This document shows, in pieces, positions 25,736 to 35,641 of a DNA stretch of 50,783 nucleotides; position 1 is the first letter of the stretch, and each line of letters begins with the position of its first letter. Position numbers and translations under genes: made by a program. Source of the DNA: Nitrospira sp. (GTDB lineage Bacteria; Nitrospirota; Thermodesulfovibrionia; Thermodesulfovibrionales; Dissulfurispiraceae). The DNA is taken from positions 1 through 50,783 of the forward strand of contig NSJL01000027.1 in the NCBI GenBank assembly GCA_002634385.1, given 5' to 3'. The notes beneath the pieces are model-generated. The model searched no databases and was not told the origin of the DNA. It saw only the letters and a list, made by a program, of their open reading frames with translations.

Positions 25736-28003
25736 ATGACTAAAACGTTGCAGAATGAAGAAGCAACCAAGCTCGTTACTCTGATAAACGGCACTGATGC
25801 TACTTACATAAACGCGATTCTAAACGACATCTCCGACGGCCTGGAAATAATTTCCGGGTTTCCCAGAAACCGCATCTACTTATCACTTCCTCCATGGTAT
25901 GGATCTATGAAACAGGTTCTCGAACCGTTCCATGTAAGGGGATACTCACAACAGCTGGTAAAGACCACCCTCATCGCTACAGACGATGGCGTAAGTGAAA
26001 ATAGTTTCTCATTGTCCCGACCATTGCAGAAAACCCAGGAAGCGAAAGCTTTCAGATCGTCGAAGCCCCTAATGGCTGTGGAGTATGCGGAGGTAGATAT
26101 GGAAGGCTCTGTACTTCTGGGCGAAGCACTGGATATCAAGTCGTCGTTGCTATTTCCCCTTATAAGCGAGGGCAGAGTTCTCGGGGTAGTTGCAATAGAC
26201 AGCCCGGAGCAAACCGGGCAGGATGTTTTTTTGTCCTTCAAAGATGTTCTTGCCAAGTTCCTGGGGGCAATAGCACGAAAGTTGTCTGAAGTCATTGATT
26301 ATTGGGCGCCTGTCATTCAAGAGAGAAGGGCTGAAGAAGTCATGAAGGCATATAAAGCTTCATTGATTTTGGAACTACCGATCCAGGAGGGGATGGCGGA
26401 CCTTGCCGTATTGATGGTGTCTTCCGTAGATATTATGTGCGGCGAAAGAATAGAATGTCTTGTCCCATTTTCCCTGGCGTCCCGGGAGGAGAATGACAGA
26501 AAACTATTTGACGAAACCTTGAGGGACCATAAATACACCGGGAGAATGATCCTCGGTTCCAGGTCTTTCGTGCTCACGTCTGAATTAATGGAAAAAGGGC
26601 ATGACAAGGTGAAATTTACGTCTGAAGCTTCTAATACACCGTCCTTTTTTTCCTTAAGGGATTTTGCATGCTCCTTCGAGATAGAGCTCGAGAAAAAGGC
26701 GGGCTTTACCGCCGCCATATGTTACCCCGTTGTAGACAGACAAAAGAATCTGCTTTATGCAGTTATCTTCTACCTGAAACAGAAAGCTGTTAAAATGGTC
26801 AAAGCGATGCTTCCAAAGGTTGAAGGAAAGTCTCTCCTGAAGAGCAAAATGAAAGCTCTTGAGTCCAGGATAAATGCGGTCCTCTACGGCCTTTCAGCAA
26901 GCAGCCTCGTTACAGATCACCTCATAAAGATATGCCAGGTCAACAAAAGATATGAAGATTTTAACAAGATGAAAGACATAAGGAGGGGTCTTACCGAATT
27001 TCTTCATACCATTCTTTACAATATTATGGTGGTGAGCGGCGCTGACTGCGGGACAATCGGTGTTCTGGGAAACATTAATGGTAAGAAATACGTCATTGTC
27101 GAGAGAGAGGGCGGCATAGTAGTGGGCGCGAAGGCGGGAGATATCCACAACTATATACGGCCTGTCAGGGTCGGAACCCCCGGAGAACTCCTCACGAAAG
27201 AACTGTCCTTATCGGGAATGTCCGCTGCGCAGGGCAAAATCAAGGTGGCTCACGGGATAGAGGGAGTAGAGAACGACAGGTTTATGCCCTGTCCCGGCAT
27301 GAAATCAACCATTGCAGTTCCTATTCGGGTAGGGCAGGAAACGATAGCGATGATTAACCTTGGATCAAGGAAAAAGTATTTTTTCTCAGAAAAAACGCAG
27401 AAGCTTCTTGAGATGATTTCCGAAATCGTGGGCGCGAATGTTCATAAACTCATAATGAAATATGAAGTGAGCGTCGAAGTCCTCAAGCTTTATGGCGGCA
27501 GATACCCCTACATAAAGAATGACGCATTGAATTATCTGGCGGAACTGTATCATTCCTATTTCATCGATCTGCCCAAGTTCCTGGACGATATCTTGAAGAA
27601 TTACAAGTCCAGGCGCAGGGACAGGAAGGATAAGGATAATCACATAACGCTGAAAGATATCAAGACGACATACCTTGACAGCAGCCTGGAACGCATAAAC
27701 CTTGAGGAATATCTCGAAAAGGCCGACAACGATATTGCCAATTATATTTACCTGATGCTCACGAATCGGAAGGCTTCTTTTTTCGACGCTGTTCAGGATG
27801 CCTATTCAAGGCACGACATTTCGCGGAACGTAGCGCTGCTCGTTTACGAAAAAGCCAAGCTTACCTTGGCAAAGCCCCTGGTAACGAGAATCGCCGTTCA
27901 TCTGAACGTCTGTTCAGAGAATTACAAGGGCAACTATGACGAAAAGAAAAAAATAGAGAGATTCCGGCAATTCTATAAAAAAACCATTGGAATAAAAATT
28001 TAA
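25736..28003 (+). CDS. Large GAF-domain-containing hypothetical protein (putative sensor/regulator), encoded in an AT-rich segment
   Basis: 755 aa. At least two GAF-like segments (GSVLLGEALDIKSSLLFPLISEGRVLGVVAIDS; CGTIGVL...TIAVPIRVGQETIAMINLGS). No output domain recognized. Low GC relative to its surroundings. Confidence 0.45.
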   Translation: MTKTLQNEEATKLVTLINGTDATYINAILNDISDGLEIISGFPRNRIYLSLPPWYGSMKQVLEPFHVRGYSQQLVKTTLIATDDGVSENSFSLSRPLQKTQEAKAFRSSKPLMAVEYAEVDMEGSVLLGEALDIKSSLLFPLISEGRVLGVVAIDSPEQTGQDVFLSFKDVLAKFLGAIARKLSEVIDYWAPVIQERRAEEVMKAYKASLILELPIQEGMADLAVLMVSSVDIMCGERIECLVPFSLASREENDRKLFDETLRDHKYTGRMILGSRSFVLTSELMEKGHDKVKFTSEASNTPSFFSLRDFACSFEIELEKKAGFTAAICYPVVDRQKNLLYAVIFYLKQKAVKMVKAMLPKVEGKSLLKSKMKALESRINAVLYGLSASSLVTDHLIKICQVNKRYEDFNKMKDIRRGLTEFLHTILYNIMVVSGADCGTIGVLGNINGKKYVIVEREGGIVVGAKAGDIHNYIRPVRVGTPGELLTKELSLSGMSAAQGKIKVAHGIEGVENDRFMPCPGMKSTIAVPIRVGQETIAMINLGSRKKYFFSEKTQKLLEMISEIVGANVHKLIMKYEVSVEVLKLYGGRYPYIKNDALNYLAELYHSYFIDLPKFLDDILKNYKSRRRDRKDKDNHITLKDIKTTYLDSSLERINLEEYLEKADNDIANYIYLMLTNRKASFFDAVQDAYSRHDISRNVALLVYEKAKLTLAKPLVTRIAVHLNVCSENYKGNYDEKKKIERFRQFYKKTIGIKI

Positions 28004-28099
28004 TCTTTCCCTAATAGATTCTGTTTTCGAGTAGTGAGGCCAGTTCCTTCGGATAGTGGCCTTCTTCTTGTGATTTTCGTGTTACTGCCGCTTCAGTCT

Positions 28100-28480
28100 T
28101 CAGTGGGCACACCCTCCGCCCTGCGCGTGTCCTCCGCAGCTCTGCCGAAGGGTATACTCCGGCAACTGCATTGCGAGAAACATGTCCATGTTCTCCTTTA
28201 TGCGTGCCGCGCCTGCCTGAAATACTCTGATCCCCGACTGGTTGAGCCGGGTCAGCGCTCCGCCGCCGATGCCGCCGACTATGACGGCGTCAACCTTGTG
28301 GCTGTCAAGCGCCTTGAGCGGGTTGCATGCGCCATGCGCATGATGCTGGTCCCGGTTGATAATCGTCAGCGTATCTCGTGTCGCCGTATCCACCATCACA
28401 AACATCGGCGCTGAGCCGAAATGGCCGTAGACCATGCTCTCCATTCCCTCATCTTCCTGAACAGGAAAACATACTTTCAT
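28100..28480 (-). CDS. NifX/NifB-C-terminal-like (MTH1175/dinitrogenase FeMo-cofactor-binding family) small protein
   Basis: 126 aa, MKVCFPV..EDEG..S.VYGHFGSAPMFVMVD... pattern. C-terminal His/Cys/Gly-rich tail. Confidence 0.5.
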   Translation of the reverse strand: MKVCFPVQEDEGMESMVYGHFGSAPMFVMVDTATRDTLTIINRDQHHAHGACNPLKALDSHKVDAVIVGGIGGGALTRLNQSGIRVFQAGAARIKENMDMFLAMQLPEYTLRQSCGGHAQGGGCAH

Positions 28481-28782
28481 CGTGACGCCTCCTCCTTGAA
28501 TATAGTTTCCTCAAACACCAGGGCCTTGCACTCAGCAAGGGCCGTTGCCACCTTCTTTCGTGCACTTGAAAGAATTCGCTGCACAGTTCCCCGCGAGATG
28601 CCCATCCTCAGGCCCGCCTCCTCCTGCGTAAAGCCATCCCTGTCGCAGAGCCTCAGTGCCTCAAGCTCATCCCGGTAGAGAGGGATCTTCTCTATCGAGG
28701 GCATAGGGATGCCCGTCGGCTTGAAAGCTTTCCCTTTGAGCGGACAGCCACACTCCCGTGGTTTCCTGGGTCGTGGGGACAT
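28477..28782 (-). CDS. DUF134/UPF0251 family small DNA-binding protein (sigma-70 region-4-like HTH)
   Basis: 101 aa. Conserved ...LEALRLCDRDGFTQEEAGLRMGISRGTVQRIL.. HTH. Its stop overlaps the downstream NifX-like start by 4 nt (ATGA). Confidence 0.55.
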   Translation of the reverse strand: MSPRPRKPRECGCPLKGKAFKPTGIPMPSIEKIPLYRDELEALRLCDRDGFTQEEAGLRMGISRGTVQRILSSARKKVATALAECKALVFEETIFKEEASR

Positions 28783-28887
28783 CTATATCTTTCCGTCAAT
28801 AATGTGCATATGCACATTATAGGCAACTGTGAAACGAGTGTCAAGGTGCCGACATTGTTTGGTCACAGTCCAGCACTCTCTATTCGG

Positions 28888-29517
28888 TTAGGTGCGAATT
28901 ATGTAGTGACAGACAGTTTTCCTATTAAGTATATCGGTAAGATCGCCTAGTGAAATACGCTGCTTACAACCAACTTTAAAGGTTGAAGCGTTCGAATAGA
29001 AAATATCGAGATGATCCAATGGGTGAAAATGATCATTCTCGAGTTTGGGGTCATGTTCGTAGCGAATGTAACCTTCTTCGGATAACATCAAATCGCGAAA
29101 TAGCCCCCAAATGCTATTATCTGTATCGCATAAGTCATTTATCGGCTCGGCAAAATCTAATACATGCGTTTCAGCAAATACATCATCCGTATGAAGTAAC
29201 GACAAAATATCGGATGTAACTTTGTTGTCTACGGAGGGGCAACTCAGCATACTAAAAGCTAATTCGCCTCCATCATTACTTACGAAGAAAGGGAAGTTTA
29301 AAGAAAATACTTTGTCGTCTGTAGCAAAAAAAATACGGCTCATCTTGGCAACAATTAGCTCCATTGCTCCTACTGTGTCTTCTTTGGAAACCGGCACATA
29401 GGCGAGCATTATTTTTATCGCGTTCATCCAAAGCATAATGACGTCGGCCTTAGTCCTTATTGGAGAAAATATCTGGTCCGCTTGAAACCTGTCTATACGG
29501 AATTTGAACTGCTTCAT
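28888..29517 (-). CDS. Hypothetical protein (no recognizable domain), translationally coupled to the upstream helicase-like gene
   Basis: 209 aa. 4-nt overlap (ATGA) with 29514..31547. Low-GC codon usage like its partner. Confidence 0.45.
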   Translation of the reverse strand: MKQFKFRIDRFQADQIFSPIRTKADVIMLWMNAIKIMLAYVPVSKEDTVGAMELIVAKMSRIFFATDDKVFSLNFPFFVSNDGGELAFSMLSCPSVDNKVTSDILSLLHTDDVFAETHVLDFAEPINDLCDTDNSIWGLFRDLMLSEEGYIRYEHDPKLENDHFHPLDHLDIFYSNASTFKVGCKQRISLGDLTDILNRKTVCHYIIRT

Positions 29518-31547
29518 TCGACCCCTCGTGGCATTTTTCTATATAGGAAGTCGGCAGTTTCCTTTACATTGTCATAATCAAAATCCTCGCCCACAGTCTT
29601 CTTCAGTGCTTCAAGCAGATTGGACCGGAATGCTGGGCGGACATCCAATTCGTTAAAAATCTTCTCAGTAAAGTCGAAGAAAGACATATTGCTGTTCGAG
29701 GACTTAATGGCGGTCCTGATTCGATCCTTTTCTTGATCGGTCGGGGGCGTAACCTTAATAAGGCCATCGCGATTGATTATCGAAAGTCCCTCTTGAAGAG
29801 ACGGGAGCACTTCGGCATTGCGCTCTACCGAAACAATTACGAAAGACTGAAGAAAGGACCGGGTTAACGTCATGTAGAGCGCATTACGGTATGTATAGGT
29901 CCTACCCACGTGTTCGGTGATGCATATTACGAATGGAAACTCGAGGCCTTTGACGTTGTTACGATTGCTCACAAACAAACAACCGGGCATTTTCTGTTTT
30001 GATTCGTAGGCCTTATTTACGTTCCAACCCGTTGCACGCGGGATTACCTGCTGAAGCTTGTCAGCCAAGGAATATGTTTGCCTGTTGTTATCGAGCAGAA
30101 TTATCCCAATATCGTCGGGCGTAACAGTGGGGTTATCTCTTGCGATTCTGGAGACAATTTCAACGACCGAGTCTACAGCACAATCACTAAAATTACCCTC
30201 AGTTGGCACTATTTCAACGCTCGGTGTTTGTCTATCATCGATGTCCTCGAATCGTCGAAGAGGCTCTCGTTTGAGATTATATTCACCTGTCGCAACGTCT
30301 TTGTCGACAATGTAGCCGCATCTCTCCCATTCCTTATCCTCAAGCCATCGGAGCTTCTCTCTTTCGAACAGCCCCATTCCGACTGCATGAGCAAACATCA
30401 ACGTCTTCGGGTCGGTCCGGTAGCACTTGCTGAGGAGAAAATCTGGGAAAATGCTGGGTGCAACAGATTCGTCGAAAATGCTTTGGAAGATGTCTCCTGC
30501 GATGTAGACTACATTTCGAGTAACTGCCTTGCAAAGTTCAAAAAATGATTCAGGAAAATCCTGACTTTCGTCAATTAGGACGTAATCGAACAAGGGATGA
30601 TGTTCGGGTATGATCTTCAACTCAGCTAGAGCATCGGAACACGCCTTATCAAAAGGAGTCGTCACGCTCCATCGCTGAAAGGTCAGTCCATACCTGCTAC
30701 AAATATACCTATAAATGCCGGAGTTTTCGTTACTTGCAGAACCCCAAGCGTGTACGCACCACAGACGCTCGTCCCACTTAATCTGCTGTTCAACCTTCAT
30801 GAAATTGAAGAAGTCCGGAATGCGCCGACGCAAATCGGCAGCCAGAATTTTGTTGTGACACGTCAAAGCAATTCTCGTGTCTGGTCGCTCAACGTAGAGC
30901 TCCTTTAGTTTGTGCAAGAGCAGCTCGGTCTTGCCGGTACCTGATAGCCCCTGGATTCTTATTTGGGGTTTTTCTAAGCGTTGGTATACAAACCGAGTTT
31001 GATCACCATCAAACAGTTGAATTTTGCGCTTAACTTTATCAAGGCGGCATTCAGGTATATCGACGCCAACGCGTTTGATATCATTAATGCTGCCAATAAG
31101 CAGCGAAATGAGCAGTTCGGAGAGGCGCTGTTTCGCAGGGTCCTCCAGCGTACTGGCCGTCATAATCGAATCGACATTGAGTGCCGCGCCATCTCGCAGA
31201 ATTTCTACTAATTCGCTTTTCCATTTCCGGGGGCGTCCGATTGCGTCCTTGTATCGGTACTTATCTGATATAGAGCCGAGATCTTCGACAAAATCCTCAA
31301 CGAAGGATTCAAATGATTCAGCATCGCCCGAGAAGTCGATAAAGGTGAGCTTTCTCTTCGGAATGAGGAGAACCATTGCTCCCCTATGTGCGTAAGAATA
31401 TTTGTTGTCGCCGAGGGGTCTGTCAATTACATAAGCTTGAGTCTTCGTTGTCGCTGACCATTTCTGAAGTACATCGAGAAGACAGTGATTTGTTTCGTTC
31501 TTTTCGGCTTGAAGGAAGAAAAAATTACTATCCATAAGGGTCCTCAT
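29514..31547 (-). CDS. SF1 (UvrD-like/DUF2075-type) helicase-family ATPase with about 190-aa N-terminal uncharacterized (nuclease-related?) domain; candidate defence protein
   Basis: 677 aa. Walker A GLSGTGKTELL. Walker B/DExQ VLIDESQDF. SF1 C-terminal motif KGLEFPFVICI. N-terminal region with no clear match. Confidence 0.5.
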   Translation of the reverse strand: MRTLMDSNFFFLQAEKNETNHCLLDVLQKWSATTKTQAYVIDRPLGDNKYSYAHRGAMVLLIPKRKLTFIDFSGDAESFESFVEDFVEDLGSISDKYRYKDAIGRPRKWKSELVEILRDGAALNVDSIMTASTLEDPAKQRLSELLISLLIGSINDIKRVGVDIPECRLDKVKRKIQLFDGDQTRFVYQRLEKPQIRIQGLSGTGKTELLLHKLKELYVERPDTRIALTCHNKILAADLRRRIPDFFNFMKVEQQIKWDERLWCVHAWGSASNENSGIYRYICSRYGLTFQRWSVTTPFDKACSDALAELKIIPEHHPLFDYVLIDESQDFPESFFELCKAVTRNVVYIAGDIFQSIFDESVAPSIFPDFLLSKCYRTDPKTLMFAHAVGMGLFEREKLRWLEDKEWERCGYIVDKDVATGEYNLKREPLRRFEDIDDRQTPSVEIVPTEGNFSDCAVDSVVEIVSRIARDNPTVTPDDIGIILLDNNRQTYSLADKLQQVIPRATGWNVNKAYESKQKMPGCLFVSNRNNVKGLEFPFVICITEHVGRTYTYRNALYMTLTRSFLQSFVIVSVERNAEVLPSLQEGLSIINRDGLIKVTPPTDQEKDRIRTAIKSSNSNMSFFDFTEKIFNELDVRPAFRSNLLEALKKTVGEDFDYDNVKETADFLYRKMPRGVE

Positions 31548-32037
31548 TCTATAGGTGATCCATCAGCTGACTCAAAGGTTCCATTTCGATCGCAGAAAGG
31601 CAATATGGGCGAATCTTGAAATGGTGTCCGAATATACTATAATACTCGTCCCTCCCCTCCGCGCATAAATTCGGTGCACGCCATGCGCTGCAACTCAATT
31701 ACAAGCGATGTCTAATATAAGGCGTGGTTAGCACGAACGTTTGAGATTATCATAAAGGAAATGCACCCCGCAAGAGGGGACGTTTATATGTAAAAGGGGG
31801 ATTATTTTGCTTCAACTATTGCAATGGGTGCTGATGGATATGTACCGGATATAGTTACGGTAAGTGAACTGTTAGGGTATACTATTTGAAAACTACAAAA
31901 AATACCTTTATCCGGTGAAAGAGCGAAGAAAGTTAGCTGTGAAAGTTCTTGATTGAGTAGACCAGATTAGCACTGAGATTAGCGCGGAAACGGGTATTGA
32001 AGAAAGGGGTAATGGCTCAAATCCAGGAAAGAGTGAG

Positions 32038-32111
32038 TGGCGGTGCAGGGAATCGAACCCCGGACACTGCGGATATGAGCCGCATGCTCTAACCATCTGA
32101 GCTACACCGCC
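32038..32111 (-). tRNA. tRNA with CAT anticodon (elongator tRNA-Met or lysidine-modified tRNA-Ile2); no encoded CCA
   Basis: Reverse complement GGCGGTGTAGCTCAGATGGTTAGAGCATGCGGCTCATATCCGCAGTGTCCGGGGTTCGATTCCCTGCACCGCCA folds as a cloverleaf: 7-bp acceptor stem, D-loop AGCTCAGATGGTTAGAGC, anticodon stem TGCGG/CCGCA with loop CTCATAT, T-arm GGTTCGATTCC. Confidence 0.8.
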
Positions 32112-32192
32112 TCTTGAACTATTCATTATAGCAAAGGGGCAGCTTTCAAGGCAACACGAGCCAGGTCTCCGCAGAAAACGTCGTCAGCTCAA

Positions 32193-32966
32193 TCAGTTAT
32201 CCCTCTGCATCTCCCAGAGCTTCAGATATTTCAATAAGGTATAGAAGCTGTAGAGCAGGGCAAGGATAAGGCCGTAAAAGCCGTCCCTTGCCCCCTTCTG
32301 CAGCACGAGCATCCGGAAGAAGGTAAAGGGCGGCTTGACGAGAAGATGCCATGACCGGAAGCGCCGTCCCGCCGCATGCAGCTCCCGTGCGGCGAGGGTG
32401 GAATAGGAGTCCATCTTCTGCAGGTAGTCCGAGAGCGTCCCGTACGTGTAATGCTCCAGGGGGTTCCGCAGGTGCCCCGTCTTCCCCTCCGCCACTATCT
32501 TTTCATGCACCTCCCGTTGCTCCATGGAGGCAGCGCCCTTCCTGAAGAGCCGCAGGGTGTAGTCCGGCCACCAGCCGCCGCCCCGTATCCACCGGCCCAG
32601 GAAGAAGTTCCTGCGCGGGATGAAGTAGCCCGCATAGCCGGAATCCGCAACAGCGGAGCGTATCTCCTGCAGCAGCCCTTCCGTCACGCATTCGTCCGCA
32701 TCGAGGACCAGGATCCACGGCTCCGTCGCCCTGTCAATGCCCGTCTGCTTCTGCCGGGCATATCCCTGCCAGGGGATCTGGAATACCTTATCCGTATAGC
32801 TCCGGGCGATGGAGACCGTGGCGTCGGTGCTGAAATCGTCGATGAGGATGATCTCCGCACACTCCCGGACGCTCCGGAGGGCCCGCTCGATATTCTTCTC
32901 CTCATTTTTTGTAACGATGACCACGGAGACGGGAAGGGGCGGCGCGGCGGATTCGGAACGCATCAA
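32193..32966 (-). CDS. Family 2 glycosyltransferase (LPS core/KdtX-WaaE-like)
   Basis: VSVVIVTKNEEKNIERAL...IILIDDFSTD...LVLDADE GT-A fold motifs (DxD). Confidence 0.7.
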   Translation of the reverse strand: MMRSESAAPPLPVSVVIVTKNEEKNIERALRSVRECAEIILIDDFSTDATVSIARSYTDKVFQIPWQGYARQKQTGIDRATEPWILVLDADECVTEGLLQEIRSAVADSGYAGYFIPRRNFFLGRWIRGGGWWPDYTLRLFRKGAASMEQREVHEKIVAEGKTGHLRNPLEHYTYGTLSDYLQKMDSYSTLAARELHAAGRRFRSWHLLVKPPFTFFRMLVLQKGARDGFYGLILALLYSFYTLLKYLKLWEMQRDN

Positions 32967-33742
32967 TACTTCCCTCCCACCAGGACCGCCTTTACTGACC
33001 CCAAAACCACCCGCGTCTTCAACTGTACCGGCAGCCGCCTTTCATCGTCGGTAAGCCAGATGAGAATATCCCCCTTCCGGTGAAAGATACCCTCCGATTG
33101 CATCAGCGGTTTTACCACGAGGGTAGGGAAGGTGCCCGCAGGGGTCTTGACGGTCTCCTTCCGCAGCACCCGCACTTCGAGGGCATAGGTCTTCTTATTA
33201 TCGAACAGGTCGATGGAGACCGACTTCCCCACGGCCAGGGGGAGGCTCCTGAGGTAGTAGAAGCTCGAGAGGGGATCGAATACCATGCCTTTCAGGGGGA
33301 ATTCCCGCACCTCCCTTCTGAGATGGTTGATGTGCGTGATCTTTCCCGCCGGATAATCGAACAGGATCTCCTTGTCCCGCCGGTGCTTTCCCTCCTGCAG
33401 GGTGATCCGGTACCGGTACGGAACCCCGATAAAGGCCCCAAAGGACTCCTTCTCGCCCTCCCTTTTCAGGGTGCTGGTCACCGTATCCTCGACAGCATAG
33501 AAGAGGGATACCCATTTGGCCGATTCAGCCGTCGAGATGAGTTGAATGTACTGTCCGTGGTCCCGGGCTTCGAGAATCGCTTCCCCTGTCTTGATGCCGG
33601 TCCAGGTTAGATCGTACTGAAGCCGCTCCGGGATGCTGAAGGGGAAGGCAGGGGGGATATCCATGAAAAAAACGGGAAAGAATAGGCAAAACATTCCGAC
33701 GAAGGGAAACAGGCTTCTGAATTGTATAAAAAATTTTTTCAT
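32963..33742 (-). CDS. DUF3108-like secreted protein (commonly paired with LPS glycosyltransferases)
   Basis: Signal-peptide-like N-terminus. 4-nt overlap with the downstream GT2. The start at the ATG at 33742 is the first ATG, as the upstream in-frame codon is TTG. Confidence 0.4.
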   Translation of the reverse strand: MKKFFIQFRSLFPFVGMFCLFFPVFFMDIPPAFPFSIPERLQYDLTWTGIKTGEAILEARDHGQYIQLISTAESAKWVSLFYAVEDTVTSTLKREGEKESFGAFIGVPYRYRITLQEGKHRRDKEILFDYPAGKITHINHLRREVREFPLKGMVFDPLSSFYYLRSLPLAVGKSVSIDLFDNKKTYALEVRVLRKETVKTPAGTFPTLVVKPLMQSEGIFHRKGDILIWLTDDERRLPVQLKTRVVLGSVKAVLVGGKY

Positions 33743-33813
33743 TCCGGTGTTCAAAATGCTGCCGTCAGGACCGGGATTTATGGCACCGGTCCGTATTTAT
33801 GGTATATTACTTA

Positions 33814-34536
33814 ATGCTCGTAATTCCTGCAATAGATTTGAAGGACGGACAGTGCGTACGGCTCCTCCAGGGGAAAGAGAAGGAGAAGACGGTCTATTCC
33901 GATGACCCCGCCTCCACCGCGAAAAAGTGGGAGTCCTGCGGTGCCAGGCTTCTCCACGTCGTCGATCTCGACGGCGCCTTCACCGGCAACCAGCGGAACA
34001 TCGACAGCATCCGGGCGATACGGGAAGCGGTTTCCATGGAGATAGAGGTGGGGGGCGGCATCCGGGACCTGGCGAGGATCGACCTGCTCGTTTCCCTCGG
34101 GATCGACCGGGTGATCCTGGGCACGGTGGCGATCGAAAAACCGGACCTCGTACAGGAGGCATGCCGGAAGCACCCCGGGAAAGTGCTGGTCGGAATCGAT
34201 GCGAAGGACGGCTTTGCCGCGGTGAAGGGCTGGGTCGAAGTGACCCGGGTGAAGGCGCGCGAGCTTGCCCTGTCCATGCAGGGGTACGGCGCCGCGGGAA
34301 TCATCTACACCGACATTGCAAAGGATGGCATGATGTCCGGTCCGAATATCGAAGCGACGCGGGAGATGGTGGATGCGCTGGAGATCCCCGTCATCGCGTC
34401 GGGAGGGGTGTCCTCCCTCGGGGACATCGAGAGACTGATGCAGATTGAAAACCTCTGGGGCACCATCACCGGCAAGGCGCTCTATTCGGGCGCCCTGGAC
34501 CTGAAAGAAGCGATACAGCGTGTACATTCCAAATAA
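33814..34536 (+). CDS. hisA: 1-(5-phosphoribosyl)-5-[(5-phosphoribosylamino)methylideneamino]imidazole-4-carboxamide isomerase
   Basis: [22 protein letters not shown] motifs. The start is chosen at the conserved M-L-V-IPAIDL; an alternative ATG lies at 33799. Confidence 0.8.
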   Translation: MLVIPAIDLKDGQCVRLLQGKEKEKTVYSDDPASTAKKWESCGARLLHVVDLDGAFTGNQRNIDSIRAIREAVSMEIEVGGGIRDLARIDLLVSLGIDRVILGTVAIEKPDLVQEACRKHPGKVLVGIDAKDGFAAVKGWVEVTRVKARELALSMQGYGAAGIIYTDIAKDGMMSGPNIEATREMVDALEIPVIASGGVSSLGDIERLMQIENLWGTITGKALYSGALDLKEAIQRVHSK

Positions 34537-34562
34537 CCGACCATAACGGAGTTTAAGTCACT

Positions 34563-35408
34563 ATGCTTGCAAAACGGATAATACCCTGTCTCGATGTGCG
34601 GGACGGCCGTGTCGTGAAGGGAGTGAACTTCGTAAATATCAGGGACGCAGGCGACCCTGTGGAAAACGCCATCTTCTACGATGAGCAGGGCGCCGATGAG
34701 CTCGTCTTTCTCGATATCACCGCCTCCCACGAGAAGAGAAGGATCATCCTGGATGTGGTGGAGAAGACCGCCACCGACGTCTTCATGCCCCTGACGGTGG
34801 GCGGCGGGGTGCGGGGACTGGACGATATCCGGAACCTGCTCAATGCGGGATGCGACAAGGTCGCCATCAACACCACCGCGGTCCACACCCCCGAATTCAT
34901 CGGGGAGGCCGCGGAGAGGTTCGGCAGCCAGTGCATCGTGGTCGCCATCGATGCCAAGCGCTGCACCGGAGCCTCCGGCGAGGCCCCGACATGGCTGGCC
35001 GCTTCCCGCGAGCTCCAGGACAGGCTCCTGGTGACCTCCGACCCCTCTGCCGCCGGAACGGGCTGGGAAGTGTACACCCACGGCGGGAGGAACCCCAAGA
35101 GGATCGATGCGGTGCGCTGGGCGCAGTACATGGAAGAGCTGGGCGCGGGGGAGATTCTTCTGACGAGCATGGACAGGGACGGGACAAAGGACGGCTACGA
35201 TCTGCCCCTTACCCGGGCTGTTTCCGAAGCGGTCTCGATCCCGGTCATCGCCTCCGGCGGCGTCGGCACCCTGGAGCACCTCTACGAGGGGATCGTAACC
35301 GGCAAGGCGGACGCCGTTCTTGCGGCATCGATCTTCCACTACCGGGAGTATACCATCAAAGAGGCAAAGGAATACCTGAAGGCGAAAAGGGTCCCCGTCA
35401 GGCTGTAG
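34563..35408 (+). CDS. hisF: Imidazole glycerol phosphate synthase cyclase subunit
   Basis: [23 protein letters not shown]..., canonical HisF. Contains an about 28-aa insertion relative to typical 253-aa HisF. Confidence 0.85.
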   Translation: MLAKRIIPCLDVRDGRVVKGVNFVNIRDAGDPVENAIFYDEQGADELVFLDITASHEKRRIILDVVEKTATDVFMPLTVGGGVRGLDDIRNLLNAGCDKVAINTTAVHTPEFIGEAAERFGSQCIVVAIDAKRCTGASGEAPTWLAASRELQDRLLVTSDPSAAGTGWEVYTHGGRNPKRIDAVRWAQYMEELGAGEILLTSMDRDGTKDGYDLPLTRAVSEAVSIPVIASGGVGTLEHLYEGIVTGKADAVLAASIFHYREYTIKEAKEYLKAKRVPVRL

Positions 35409-35501
35409 CCGGCAGAGAGCCGCCAAAGAACTGGTAACACGACTTACGCACATGCAATAAATGACTCTGCAATGTAAGGATTTCCCCTCTCCGTCATTGC
35501 A

Positions 35502-35529
35502 CCCCAAGGAAGTCTTCGACTTCTTGGGG
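35502..35529. repeat. Palindromic repeat copy A (CCCCAAGGAAGTCTTCGACTTCTTGGGG; core GAAGTC-TTC-GACTTC)
   Basis: Near-perfect hairpin in the convergent hisF/lipoprotein intergenic region. A second copy is at 37598-37624. Confidence 0.5.
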
Positions 35530-35641
35530 ATACCGTCATTCCGGCAGATCCTTTGAGCCGGAATCCAGAGTTTTCAAAAACTTCTGGACTCCGGTTTTCA
35601 CCGGAGTGACGAAATATGCGTAACTCGTTCTGGTAAAGCGT

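Noticed and set aside
33811-35507. 238-aa and 341-aa minus-strand ORFs plus several Arg/Pro-rich + strand ORFs (33927..34448, 34850..35437)
   Set aside because: They overlap hisA/hisF in other frames or antisense. The Arg/Pro/Gly-rich translations are characteristic of non-coding frames in GC-rich DNA, and hisA/hisF are clearly the real genes.
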